Shown: positions 9,873 through 19,550 of the stretch, piece by piece | Position numbering within the stretch: position 1 is the first letter of the stretch | Layout: the number at the start of each line of letters is the position of its first letter | Assembly (NCBI GenBank): GCA_963719945.1 | Contig: CAVRDX010000003.1 | Span: 96,001-160,000 of the forward strand | From: an uncultured Thermoplasmata archaeon | GTDB lineage: Archaea > Thermoplasmatota > Thermoplasmata > UBA10834 | DNA: 64,000 nt | Direction of reading: 5' to 3' | Notes under the pieces: generated by a model | The model's database searches: none | What the model was told of the DNA's origin: nothing | What the model saw: the letters and a program-made list of their open reading frames with translations, nothing else | Made by a program: the position numbers and the translations under genes

Positions 9873-10026
9873 GTGGACCGGACGGACAAGTGTCCAGGCT
9901 GGATAAAATTGTTTTCACAAACAATGGGTCTGTGCATTCGCGCAAGCATCAGCCGAAATCCAAGCGATTGCAGTCTTGCGACCATCAATCAATAAATACA
10001 GCATTCTCATTGTGTCGGCTGATACA

Positions 10027-10668
10027 ATGCTGAAGTTGATCATATTCGGCCCGCCAAGCGCAGGAAAGGGCACGCAGGCTCAGAGGCTTTCCAAGGAGTA
10101 CGGCATACCACAGGTCTCGACAGGAGATCTGTTGAGGGAGGCAGTCGCGAAACAGACGCCTCTCGGGATCAAGATCAAATCCTATCTTGACACGGGGAAG
10201 CTGGGTCCTGACGATCTGATAGTCCAACTCATCAAGAATCGAGTGTCCCAACCTGATGCAGCGAAAGGGTACCTTCTCGACGGGTTCCCGAGGACCATCG
10301 GACAGGCGACGGAACTGGACAAGATGACTGAGATCGATCTCGTTCTGAACATCGCAGTGGATCCCGAGATGCTGGTAGAGCGCGCAGTCGGCCGCAGGAT
10401 ATGCATGAAGTGCAACGCCGTCTACCATGTCAAGTTCAATCAGCCGAAGAAACAGGGTATATGCGACAAGTGCGGTGAGATGCTCATCCAGAGAGATGAT
10501 GACAAGGAGCAGACCGTCAGGAACAGACTCAAGGTCTACCAGGAACAGACCGCGCCCCTCATAGAGCACTTCAGAAAAAAGGGGAATATCGTCGACATCG
10601 ACGGCTCGAAGGGCATCGATGGCGTCTACTCTCAGATGACCCGCGCGGTCAAGGGACTGAAGAAGTGA
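10027..10668 (+). CDS. adk: Adenylate kinase (long, Zn-LID type)
   Basis: GPPSAGKGTQA, STGDLLR, LDGFPR, CxxC...CxxC LID, QRDDD. Confidence 0.95.
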   Translation: MLKLIIFGPPSAGKGTQAQRLSKEYGIPQVSTGDLLREAVAKQTPLGIKIKSYLDTGKLGPDDLIVQLIKNRVSQPDAAKGYLLDGFPRTIGQATELDKMTEIDLVLNIAVDPEMLVERAVGRRICMKCNAVYHVKFNQPKKQGICDKCGEMLIQRDDDKEQTVRNRLKVYQEQTAPLIEHFRKKGNIVDIDGSKGIDGVYSQMTRAVKGLKK

Positions 10669-10881
10669 CCACTGGGGTCTCTCTCAGACCCACGCCGACA
10701 CCAGTACTTTCCAGGTTCCAGAAGTCTCAATTGGCGCCTATGAGCATGCAGGTTCTGTCTTTGATTGCAGGATGGTCGATAACATGCACGCTTCGAGCGG
10801 GTGCCATGTCACGCCAGTGTTCTTAATATAGCACAATAGCGCTCCGATTCTCGTTCGAAAAAGAGAATCGGGGGAATCGAA

Positions 10882-12480
10882 TTGTTTGGATCTCGTAGTA
10901 CCATCGTGTGCACAGTGATGGCATTGGTGATATTGGTATCGAGCATCGCGTTCTCGTTCGACGTCTCGGGTGAAGGGGACACAGTCTCCGGGGCGGACCT
11001 GACGGTTTTCGACGTCATTTGGGTGGATATGTATGGGACGGCGGAATCGACAGGATCCACGCTGACATCTGGTCAGCCGTTCACCGTGCTCGCAACCATT
11101 GAGAACACAGGGACGAAGGATGCCATTGGTTTCTCCACGGACCTATACATCGATGGCACACTGCTCGGCAGAGTGGCGACCGTAGACTGTCTGGCGGCTC
11201 ACGAGACGATGAGCGTCGCCTGGACCGGGGTGATCATATCCGAGTGCCGGCAACACGAAGCTCTGATAATCGCAGATTCAGAGGACCAAGTCCAAGAGCT
11301 CAACCCGAAAGGCACTGCTGAGTCGAACAATAACATGGCTGAGGTGTTCGATATCGTCCAGGCGGAGTGGACATTTGCGTTGTACGCCGATGGCGACAAC
11401 AACCTCGAATACTACGCATACCTGGACTTCCTTGAGATGGCTCTCGTGGGAACTTCCTCCGAGGTCAATCTTGTGGCTCAGATCGATAGAATCCCTGGAT
11501 ACTCCAACGACTCGGGTGATTGGACGGATGCCAAGAGGTTCCTTGTGACCCAGGGGATGGAGCCCTTGGCAGAGAACGCGTACGAGGAGCTCGGAGAGGT
11601 CAACATGGGCGACGGGGCGGAGCTTGCTGACTTTGCGACCGACACATTCACCAGGTTCAGAGCCAAACACACGTGCCTGGTCCTATGGGACCACGGCAAC
11701 GGCTGGTACGGAGGATGCTGCAGAGACCAGACGTCATCCAACGACTCCCTCAAGACCTATGAGATGAGGTTGGCTGTGTCCGAAGCCGTGAGCAACATCG
11801 GAGCCAAGATTGACATCATCGCTTTCGATGCGTGCGTCATGAGCTCCATCGAGGTCTGCTACGCCTTCGAGGACCTGTGCGAGGTTTTCGTCGCTTCAGA
11901 AGGTCTCCTCGCAGGGACGGGCTGGCCATACGACGCCATACTCCAGAGACTGGTCGAATCGCCGCTGACTAGCGCGGACGAGTTATCCGAGATCATCACC
12001 ATTGAGCACGTAGCGGAATACCCCTCCTCATCCATAGCGACAATGTCCGCCTTCCGGGTGGATGCGGTATGCACCGAGGTGAGGGAGGCTCTATCGGAGT
12101 TCGCGGAGAGTCTCATCGCGGGACTTGACAGATACGAGAATCAGATCAAGGCGGCCAGGAACGCGGTCTTCGGCTTCGACATCATCATGATCTCGCCGTA
12201 CATGGATTCATACAGCGCGGACATCTACTCCTTCGCGGAGGAAGTTGCCTCGCGCGTTTCGGATGATACGATCAAGACTGCTGCTGCGAACCTGATGAGT
12301 GCGCTCGAGGACTCGCGGATCGCCTTCGGGCTGCACGTGACCTACCAGCCATATGGTTCCGTCTTCGGAATCATGGTCTTCTGGCCCGATGTGAACGCCT
12401 ATCTCGAAGAGTATCAGTTCGAGCGTCTCTCAATCGACACCACTTGGGACGAGTTCCTACAATCATACTACATAGGATGA
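10882..12480 (+). CDS. Secreted clostripain-family (C11) cysteine peptidase with CARDB domain
   Basis: Signal peptide, CARDB-like ESNNN, ADGDNNL, catalytic WDHG and FDAC. Confidence 0.88.
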   Translation: MFGSRSTIVCTVMALVILVSSIAFSFDVSGEGDTVSGADLTVFDVIWVDMYGTAESTGSTLTSGQPFTVLATIENTGTKDAIGFSTDLYIDGTLLGRVATVDCLAAHETMSVAWTGVIISECRQHEALIIADSEDQVQELNPKGTAESNNNMAEVFDIVQAEWTFALYADGDNNLEYYAYLDFLEMALVGTSSEVNLVAQIDRIPGYSNDSGDWTDAKRFLVTQGMEPLAENAYEELGEVNMGDGAELADFATDTFTRFRAKHTCLVLWDHGNGWYGGCCRDQTSSNDSLKTYEMRLAVSEAVSNIGAKIDIIAFDACVMSSIEVCYAFEDLCEVFVASEGLLAGTGWPYDAILQRLVESPLTSADELSEIITIEHVAEYPSSSIATMSAFRVDAVCTEVREALSEFAESLIAGLDRYENQIKAARNAVFGFDIIMISPYMDSYSADIYSFAEEVASRVSDDTIKTAAANLMSALEDSRIAFGLHVTYQPYGSVFGIMVFWPDVNAYLEEYQFERLSIDTTWDEFLQSYYIG

Positions 12481-12633
12481 TGGACTCCCGGTGGTTCCCA
12501 GACACGCGTTTCGGAAGTGTCGAACAACGGAGGTTGGTGCCGTCCTAGGTCCCGCGATATCTCTATATAGATACGTCTCGCTTCTTTGAGGTAGTATCAT
12601 CGGTCGATACCTACAGGATCTATCCGTTGTAGG

Positions 12634-14049
12634 TTGATATGGGGGAATTGGATGGCTGAATTTAGGCCTAGGATAGTGCCAGCGATATTCGTATTGATCT
12701 TCATGACCGTCACGACGGTCTTGGCTCCATGTGCGATAGGGTCGAGCCTAACGACTCTGTCTTCTGGTGAGCCAGTTGCCTCTGGGATGTGGTCGTCAGG
12801 TCCGTACCCGTACAGGGATTTTGCCACGGTCGTGGCAACTCTCGAGGAGACTGCAGCCGAACATCCCGAGATATCACGACTGGTGGATATCGGAGATGGT
12901 TGGGAGAAGACTCAGGGAATCGCCGACAGGGACATCCTGGCGATGCGGATTACGGACAATCCGGATGCGGAGGAGGATGAGCCAGACGTTCTGTTCATTG
13001 CGCGCCAGCATTCCGATGAAGCGACCCCAACGGAGATTGCACTGCAGTTGATCGAGAACATCACCGATCAGTACGGATTGGATGCCAGGATCAGCTGGCT
13101 CGTCGACAATAGGGATATCTGGGTGATACCTGTCGTGAATCCAGATGGCATGGATTACTACATGTCGACGGGTGAGATATGGAGGAAGAACAGGCATCTG
13201 AATTACGATGGGTCCTACGGCATCGACCTGAACCGCAACTACGCCGGATCGGAGAACGGAGACCCGTTTGGTGCATGGGGTGGGGTCGGCACTTCATCCG
13301 AACCGTCAGACCCGAACTACTGTGGGGAGAGCCCATTCTCCGAACCAGAGACTCAGGCCGTGCGTGACCTCGCCTGGAGCCAAGGCTTCGAGGTGGCGGC
13401 CGACTTCCACATGTCTGGGGATGGGATAGCATGGCCTTGGGGATACACCATGGAGCCGACCGAGGATGATGCAGAACTCTCACACATAGCTGATGAACTA
13501 TCGAAACTGAACGGATACTTCACGTTGTTGTCGGCAGACATCAGTCTCACCACTGGCGACTCACTCGATTGGCTTTACGGAGGCGCAGGAGTCTATCCGT
13601 TTCTGTTCGAGGTCGGAGGCTGGGACGACTCCAACCACGCGGATGACGAGTACGACAATGTCTTAGGCCAGATCGAGGAGAACATCGCTCCATCACTCCT
13701 GCTCATCGAGATAGCGGGTGACCGTTCGGAGAAGAGGTTCGACATCCTTCATACCCCGATAGCCACTTCGAAGTACTCTGATGAAGGCATCGAGGTCTCG
13801 GTCAAGATACGGGCCGAGAGAGGAGTTGACCCATCTGGCCAGTTCATGAAATACAGGGTTGATGACGGCTCGTGGAATGAGTTGGCAATGATTCCGTCGA
13901 ATGGTATCGACACCTATGCGGCGTTGATACCTCCGCAGGCTGCAGGGAGCCTCATCGACTACTACATCGTGTCGCACGACAATGGTGGTGTCGAACTCAT
14001 GTCTCCCAGGTACGCACCATATGATGTCTACTCGTTCCTGGTGATCTAG
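12634..14049 (+). CDS. Secreted M14 zinc carboxypeptidase (carboxypeptidase T-like)
   Basis: HxxE (HSDE), NPDG, WRKN, GIDLNRNY, FSEPET, DFH and FEVG motifs; signal peptide. Start may be ATG at 12652. Confidence 0.9.
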   Translation: MIWGNWMAEFRPRIVPAIFVLIFMTVTTVLAPCAIGSSLTTLSSGEPVASGMWSSGPYPYRDFATVVATLEETAAEHPEISRLVDIGDGWEKTQGIADRDILAMRITDNPDAEEDEPDVLFIARQHSDEATPTEIALQLIENITDQYGLDARISWLVDNRDIWVIPVVNPDGMDYYMSTGEIWRKNRHLNYDGSYGIDLNRNYAGSENGDPFGAWGGVGTSSEPSDPNYCGESPFSEPETQAVRDLAWSQGFEVAADFHMSGDGIAWPWGYTMEPTEDDAELSHIADELSKLNGYFTLLSADISLTTGDSLDWLYGGAGVYPFLFEVGGWDDSNHADDEYDNVLGQIEENIAPSLLLIEIAGDRSEKRFDILHTPIATSKYSDEGIEVSVKIRAERGVDPSGQFMKYRVDDGSWNELAMIPSNGIDTYAALIPPQAAGSLIDYYIVSHDNGGVELMSPRYAPYDVYSFLVI

Positions 14050-14213
14050 GCTCGATTGATACTGGCCATAACTCGACAGACCACATTGAGCCGTGACATA
14101 TGAGGCTGTGATCGGTCAGCGACGCAGATGCGATGCTTGTTCCGAATCTATCAGCGTCGCTACCGTCCTTATCTCTTAAATACAGGTAGCGAAATAGCGC
14201 CATCACCATACGA

Positions 14214-14307
14214 AGCCCCGTAGTGTAGTGGTCAATCATGCGAGACTCTGGATTGCGATCTCGCGAGGAGCGATCTTGCGACGGAGGTTCGAATCCTCCC
14301 GGGGCTA
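14214..14307 (+). tRNA. tRNA-Gln(CTG) with a 21-nt intron at position 37/38 (14252-14272)
   Basis: Acceptor AGCCCCG/CGGGGCT, T-arm GGAGG-TTCGAAT-CCTCC, anticodon stem CGAGA/TCTTG with CTG at 14248-14250. Bulge-helix-bulge formed by CTCT:GGAG with GGA and CGA bulges. Confidence 0.93.
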
Positions 14308-14417
14308 CTTCCTCTTATTTTTTTGTAGTCGCTAGTGCTGGGCGGTGTCCTAGGCCTGTCGGCCACCGCCCCAATTGGTCGTAAGAATCGTCGATTGCAC
14401 GGAGACAACAATGCAGG

Positions 14418-14618
14418 TCAGACTCGGTCTCCTCTGAAGAATGTCAACATTGCAGGGTCTCGCTCCAAGGTGTCCTTCCACCATGCAGCCCTGACCCTCG
14501 GGTTGAGCTTTGACGCAGCTGCGACGTATTGCTTGAACCTCTTCTCGGCTGAATCGACTATGCCAAAATCGTCTAGTCTAGTCATCCCATCCCGATCGTT
14601 CATCCCTTCGCGCTCCAT
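14418..14618 (-). CDS. Small hypothetical protein
   Basis: 66-aa ORF filling the gap just downstream of rnhA on the same strand. No motif recognised. Confidence 0.45.
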   Translation of the reverse strand: MEREGMNDRDGMTRLDDFGIVDSAEKRFKQYVAAASKLNPRVRAAWWKDTLERDPAMLTFFRGDRV

Positions 14619-14639
14619 TACCGTAATCGACCTGACTGA

Positions 14640-15062
14640 TTAGAAACCTTCCCCGTCCAAGGCCTCATTGACCAGTCGATCGGCTATCTGTATCCTCGGA
14701 TTCTCCCTCGGAACATACACCAGCTTGTGCCAGTGTATGTCGGCCAGTTCCTCTCTTATCTTGTCCACGAATGCCTTCAGATGCTCCGCTTTGACCTTGT
14801 ACACACCGTTCACCTGATGCACCATCAGCTCGCTGTCAGAGTGAAACTTCACTCGGTCCCGGGAGATCTTCTTCACTCGCTCGATCGCCAAGATCAACGC
14901 GTGGTATTCGGCCTCGTTGTTCGTATGGTTCCCTATGCATCTTCCTTCGCTCTCCAGGCAGCGTCCAGTTTGATCGAAGATCGCATATCCGATTGCTGCA
15001 GGTCCCGGGTTTCCCCGAGCCCCTCCGTCCGTGTAGACAAGTATTTCGAGTGGTTTTGTCAA
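14640..15062 (-). CDS. rnhA: Ribonuclease HI
   Basis: YTDGGARGNPG, TNNEAEY, DSELMV, ADRLVN. Confidence 0.93.
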   Translation of the reverse strand: MTKPLEILVYTDGGARGNPGPAAIGYAIFDQTGRCLESEGRCIGNHTNNEAEYHALILAIERVKKISRDRVKFHSDSELMVHQVNGVYKVKAEHLKAFVDKIREELADIHWHKLVYVPRENPRIQIADRLVNEALDGEGF

Positions 15063-15240
15063 CCGCGCACCGCCGGAAACGAGACCTCTATCGAGCTTAT
15101 GTGATATGAAATTGCGGGACCATCGCCGATTTCGAAGGTACGTTATTGACTATCGTTTCCAGATGACGACGGCGTGCATCTGCCATTCCTGGCCGAAATT
15201 GAAATATGCAACTCCACTGTTTTCCATCGGGGAGCAGACT

Positions 15241-17871
15241 TTGGGTAGAGCGGCCACTCCGATGATGGAACAGTACTTTCGTATCAAGGAGCAATACACG
15301 GATTGTCTCCTGTTGTTCAGGCTCGGGGATTTCTACGAGATGTTCGGCGAGGACGCGGTAGTGGGATCTAAAGCTCTCGAGATAACCCTCACCTCCCGTG
15401 ATAAGGGGAAGAAGGAAAAGACACCTCTTTGTGGGATCCCATGGCACGCATTGGACTCCTACCTCCCGAAGCTGCTCAGCAAGGGCTACAAGGTCGCCAT
15501 CTGCGAACAGATGGAGGACGCCAAGTATGCGAAAGGTCTCGTGGACCGAGATGTCGTCAGGGTCGTCACTCCTGGAACGGTTCTAGAGAGTTCAGTACTC
15601 GACAGTAGTGTCAACAACTATCTCATGTCCATATGTCGATCGAATGCGATCTTCGGCATGTCGTTCGTCGATATCTCCACCGGTGAGTTCCTGGTGACTC
15701 AGATAGATTACGAGGATGCTGAGTCAAGGGTGCTGACAGAATTCGTCCAGAGATCTCCAAAGGAAGTCCTGTTTCGCGAGGGAGACCTCTCACCTGCACT
15801 GATACAGGAGTTCTCATTGTCCGAGACCACGATGACGAGACTGGATGATTTCGCATTCATGAAAGAATCATCCGAGCCGCTTCTGAAACGTCATTTCAAA
15901 TTACAGTCGCTCGAAGGCATCGGACTCGCGGACAGAGACGCTGCAATCTCAAGCGCGGGCGCGATATTGAGGTATTTGGAGAACACTCAGAAACGATCCC
16001 TCGATTTCCTGAGTCGACCGAAATACATCGAGACCTCAGAGAAGCTCATCCTTGACCAGACCACGCTCCGCAACCTGGAAGTCGCCAGGAATGTGAGGGA
16101 TGGAAAGCAGGCTGGTACATTGTTCTCCGTTCTCGATCGGACATTGACCCCGATGGGTTCCAGGTTGCTGAGGAACTGGATAATGGAACCCCTCCTGGAT
16201 GTTGAATCGGTCAACCTGCGGTTGGATGCGGTTCAGGAACTGGCCACGGACACGATAATCAGGACCGACCTTGCGTCTTCCCTTAAGAATGTCCGTGATC
16301 TCGAGCGCCTGATCTCCAAGACGATGCATGGCAGCGCGAATGCGAGGGATCTTATCGCGATCAAAGACTGCCTGGGGACTCTGCCGGAGCTGAGGGATGC
16401 GCTATCTGGATGCAATGCCTCACTGCTAGTTGAGCTAGGCAAAGTCATTGAATTCTCGAATGATATTCCGTCGTTGATCGATCGAGCGATCGCGGACGAT
16501 CCACCGCTGATGCTCAAGGACGGCGGCCTGATAAAGGACGGTTACGATGAGACGCTTGATGAACTCCGTGCATCCGCCAGGGGTGGGAAGAAATGGATCG
16601 CCAGTCTGGAAGAGAAGGAACGCGCTCGGACCGGGATCAGGACTCTGAGATTGGGCTTCAATAACGTGTTCGGATACTACATCGAGGTCTCCAAGTCCAA
16701 CGTGAAACACGTACCAGCTGATTACGAGAGGAGGCAGACCCTCGCTACTGGAGAGCGATACGTTACGCCGGAGCTCAAGGAGAAGGAGGGGATCATCCTG
16801 ACGGCACAGGAACGATCCCACTCCCTCGAGTATGATCTGTTCATCAAGGTGAGAGAAGAGGTCGCTCGCGCAGGTCCAGGGGTGCGTGAGGTCGCGCACG
16901 CGCTCGCTACTATTGACGCACTCCGCTCGTTCGCGGATGCAGCTGTGGCGAACCGATATGTCCGCCCTGAAGTGAACGATTCAGATTCGATAATTCTAAA
17001 GGATTCAAGGCATCCAGTTGTCGAGAAGACCCTGAGCGGATCGTTCGTCCCGAACGATGTCCATTTGGACACCAACCTAAATCGGTTGATAATCCTGACA
17101 GGCCCGAACATGGCCGGCAAGTCAACCTATCTCCGGCAGATCGCCCACATCGTCATCATGGCTCAGGCGGGCTCATTTGTACCCGCATCCGAAGCGAAGA
17201 TCGGTCTTGTAGATAGGATATTCACTCGCGTTGGCGCATTCGACGACCTCGCGAGGGGACAGTCGACTTTCATGGTCGAGATGACCGAGCTCGCGAACAT
17301 ATTGAACAGCGCGACGAAGAAGAGCCTCATACTTCTCGATGAGGTCGGCCGCGGAACCAGCACTTTCGACGGGCTAGCGATAGCTTGGGCCGTCTCCGAA
17401 CATCTGTATGACCACGGCAAGGTCGGAGGCAAGACCCTCTTCGCAACACACTACCATCATCTCACCGAACTCTCGGATACATTGGAGGGCGTCAAGAACT
17501 ATTCAATGGCCGTGCGAGAACAGGGTTCGGAGATTGTGTTCCTGCGCAAGATCGTCTCCGGACGGGCAAACAAAAGCTATGGTATCCAGGTAGCTAAGCT
17601 CGCTGGGGTGCCAGCCGAGGTCATAGGCAGGGCAAGGCAGGTACTGGACCGTATCGAGGAGGAGAACGTTCTCGAGGTCAAGGCAGGGAAGAAGTCTCAT
17701 AAGCAGGCCCTTCTCGTATCCGAAGCCGGGAACCTCGGAGATCATCAGGTGATAGTCGATGAGCTACGTTCGCTCGATCTCGCATCCATCAGCCCGATGG
17801 AGGCATATCTCAAACTCAACGAGTTGAAGAAGAGGATCGGTGGATCGAATGGGAAGAATAAGGGTGCTTGA
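15241..17871 (+). CDS. mutS: DNA mismatch repair protein MutS
   Basis: TPMMEQY, GDFYEMF, TGPNMAGKSTY, STFMVE, DEVGRGTS, FATHYH. TTG start chosen after a GGGGAG RBS. Confidence 0.97.
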   Translation: MGRAATPMMEQYFRIKEQYTDCLLLFRLGDFYEMFGEDAVVGSKALEITLTSRDKGKKEKTPLCGIPWHALDSYLPKLLSKGYKVAICEQMEDAKYAKGLVDRDVVRVVTPGTVLESSVLDSSVNNYLMSICRSNAIFGMSFVDISTGEFLVTQIDYEDAESRVLTEFVQRSPKEVLFREGDLSPALIQEFSLSETTMTRLDDFAFMKESSEPLLKRHFKLQSLEGIGLADRDAAISSAGAILRYLENTQKRSLDFLSRPKYIETSEKLILDQTTLRNLEVARNVRDGKQAGTLFSVLDRTLTPMGSRLLRNWIMEPLLDVESVNLRLDAVQELATDTIIRTDLASSLKNVRDLERLISKTMHGSANARDLIAIKDCLGTLPELRDALSGCNASLLVELGKVIEFSNDIPSLIDRAIADDPPLMLKDGGLIKDGYDETLDELRASARGGKKWIASLEEKERARTGIRTLRLGFNNVFGYYIEVSKSNVKHVPADYERRQTLATGERYVTPELKEKEGIILTAQERSHSLEYDLFIKVREEVARAGPGVREVAHALATIDALRSFADAAVANRYVRPEVNDSDSIILKDSRHPVVEKTLSGSFVPNDVHLDTNLNRLIILTGPNMAGKSTYLRQIAHIVIMAQAGSFVPASEAKIGLVDRIFTRVGAFDDLARGQSTFMVEMTELANILNSATKKSLILLDEVGRGTSTFDGLAIAWAVSEHLYDHGKVGGKTLFATHYHHLTELSDTLEGVKNYSMAVREQGSEIVFLRKIVSGRANKSYGIQVAKLAGVPAEVIGRARQVLDRIEEENVLEVKAGKKSHKQALLVSEAGNLGDHQVIVDELRSLDLASISPMEAYLKLNELKKRIGGSNGKNKGA

Positions 17872-19546
17872 CGAATCCACCATAAACAAGATCGCTGCCG
17901 GCGAGGTAGTCGAGCGACCCGCATCGGTGGTAAAGGAATTGATGGAGAATTCTCTGGATGCTGGTGCTGATTCGGTCAACGTATACATCGAAGACGGAGG
18001 TCGCCAGTCCATCATTATCCGAGACGATGGTTACGGGATGTCCAGGGATGATGTGGAGAAAGCGTTCACCAGACACGCGACCAGCAAGATAACCGATATC
18101 GATGACCTGAACTCCTTGTCCTCCTACGGATTCAGAGGTGAAGCGTTGTCCTCCATCGCCTCCGTATCCAGAGTCCTCATGAGGACGAGGGAGCACGGAT
18201 CCGCGGAGGGGACCGAGGTCCGGCTTGCAGGCGGTGTGGTCGAAGCCATATCCACAACGGGGTGTCCACCTGGCACCGAGATAGCTGTGACCGACCTGTT
18301 CTTCAATATACCCGCGCGGCGGAAGTCGTTGAAGTCGAGAGCGACTGAGTTGGCCCATTGCAAGGATGTCGTGATCGATTACTTGCTTTGCAGGCCTGGC
18401 ATATCATTCTCGTTCCATTCTGATGGGAGGGCCGAGCTTGTCCATTCACCCGGTGAGGGTATGAACGGTTCTCTCGCAACGGCGTTCGGACCGCGGATCG
18501 CGGAGAACATAATGGTGGCCGATGCAGATGATGACGGGATAAGAGTCCAATCATACGTGGCGCGTCTTGAACAAACGCGGTCCTCTCCATTGGACCTTAG
18601 ACTGTTCGTGAACGACAGACCAGTGCGCAGCTCCAGGCTCGTCTCTGCGGTCGTGCGTGCATTCGGCTCGCGTCTGATGAAGGACCGATATCCGGTCGGC
18701 GCGATCAGGATATTCATCGATGGCGGCAAGGTCGATGTGAACGTCCATCCGACCAAGCGAGAAGTACGGTTCAGTGACGAACACATGATCATCTCTGTTC
18801 TCGAGAGGTGCATCGAATCGGCATTGAGTGAGCCGGACCTGTCCTTCAGGTACGACCTCACAAAGTTCGCAGGCTCCTTTGAACCTTCAACCACGGCGAC
18901 ACCATCTGAGCGGGTCGAGCAGGTGCAATCGGTTCTGAAATTGGATGAGCGGAACGCTCATGAGAGCAAGGGTTCCCCGCATATCGTTCCTCTTGCCCAG
19001 ATTATGAACACATACATACTCGCTGAATCAGCAGGCAATCTGCTGCTGATCGATCAACACGCGGCTTCAGAGCGAGTGGTGTACGAGCGGGTCCTGGAAT
19101 CTATGAGGTCCGGAAGCGAGGTCTCTCAGAGGCTGTTGACACCGCTGGTCATCCGTCTCACCGCCTCGGAGACCAAGGTCTTCCATGACAACCGAGAACT
19201 GGTGGAGAAGGCAGGGTTCGACCTGGAATCATTCGGAGATGACGAGTATATGCTGCGTTCAATCCCAACTGTCCTTGGCGTATCCCTTGGCGAGGTCGCT
19301 CTGAGGAAGATCCTGGATGACCTCTCACAGATGCCTTCACCGAAGCAGCTCGGTCAGGAAGTCATTTGGCGGGTCGCTTGCCATACTGCCATCAGGGCAG
19401 GTGAAACCCTCACAGATGGTCAGATGCGGCAGCTCATCTCTGAGCTGATGAATACCGAGAGCCCGTATACCTGTGAACACGGTCGGCCGACAATGATTAT
19501 ACTATCACCCGCAGATCTTGAGCGATTGTTCAAGAGGCGGGTCTGA
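17849..19546 (+). CDS. mutL: DNA mismatch repair endonuclease MutL
   Basis: IAAGEVVERP, GFRGEAL, DVNVHPTK, endonuclease DQHAASERVVYE, ACH, CEHGRP. Confidence 0.97.
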   Translation: MGRIRVLDESTINKIAAGEVVERPASVVKELMENSLDAGADSVNVYIEDGGRQSIIIRDDGYGMSRDDVEKAFTRHATSKITDIDDLNSLSSYGFRGEALSSIASVSRVLMRTREHGSAEGTEVRLAGGVVEAISTTGCPPGTEIAVTDLFFNIPARRKSLKSRATELAHCKDVVIDYLLCRPGISFSFHSDGRAELVHSPGEGMNGSLATAFGPRIAENIMVADADDDGIRVQSYVARLEQTRSSPLDLRLFVNDRPVRSSRLVSAVVRAFGSRLMKDRYPVGAIRIFIDGGKVDVNVHPTKREVRFSDEHMIISVLERCIESALSEPDLSFRYDLTKFAGSFEPSTTATPSERVEQVQSVLKLDERNAHESKGSPHIVPLAQIMNTYILAESAGNLLLIDQHAASERVVYERVLESMRSGSEVSQRLLTPLVIRLTASETKVFHDNRELVEKAGFDLESFGDDEYMLRSIPTVLGVSLGEVALRKILDDLSQMPSPKQLGQEVIWRVACHTAIRAGETLTDGQMRQLISELMNTESPYTCEHGRPTMIILSPADLERLFKRRV

Positions 19547-19550
19547 CCCT

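Noticed and set aside
10700-14307. Genomic island next to tRNA-Gln
   Set aside because: No integrase and no duplicated tRNA end (att site) was noticed; the peptidase genes lie on the 5' side of the tRNA.
15106-15240. Long N-terminal extensions in the ORF track (mutS here; also adk, aRF1, rpl18e, mttB2, MFS)
   Set aside because: The extensions lack family similarity and often span TATA/RBS elements, so downstream starts were chosen.
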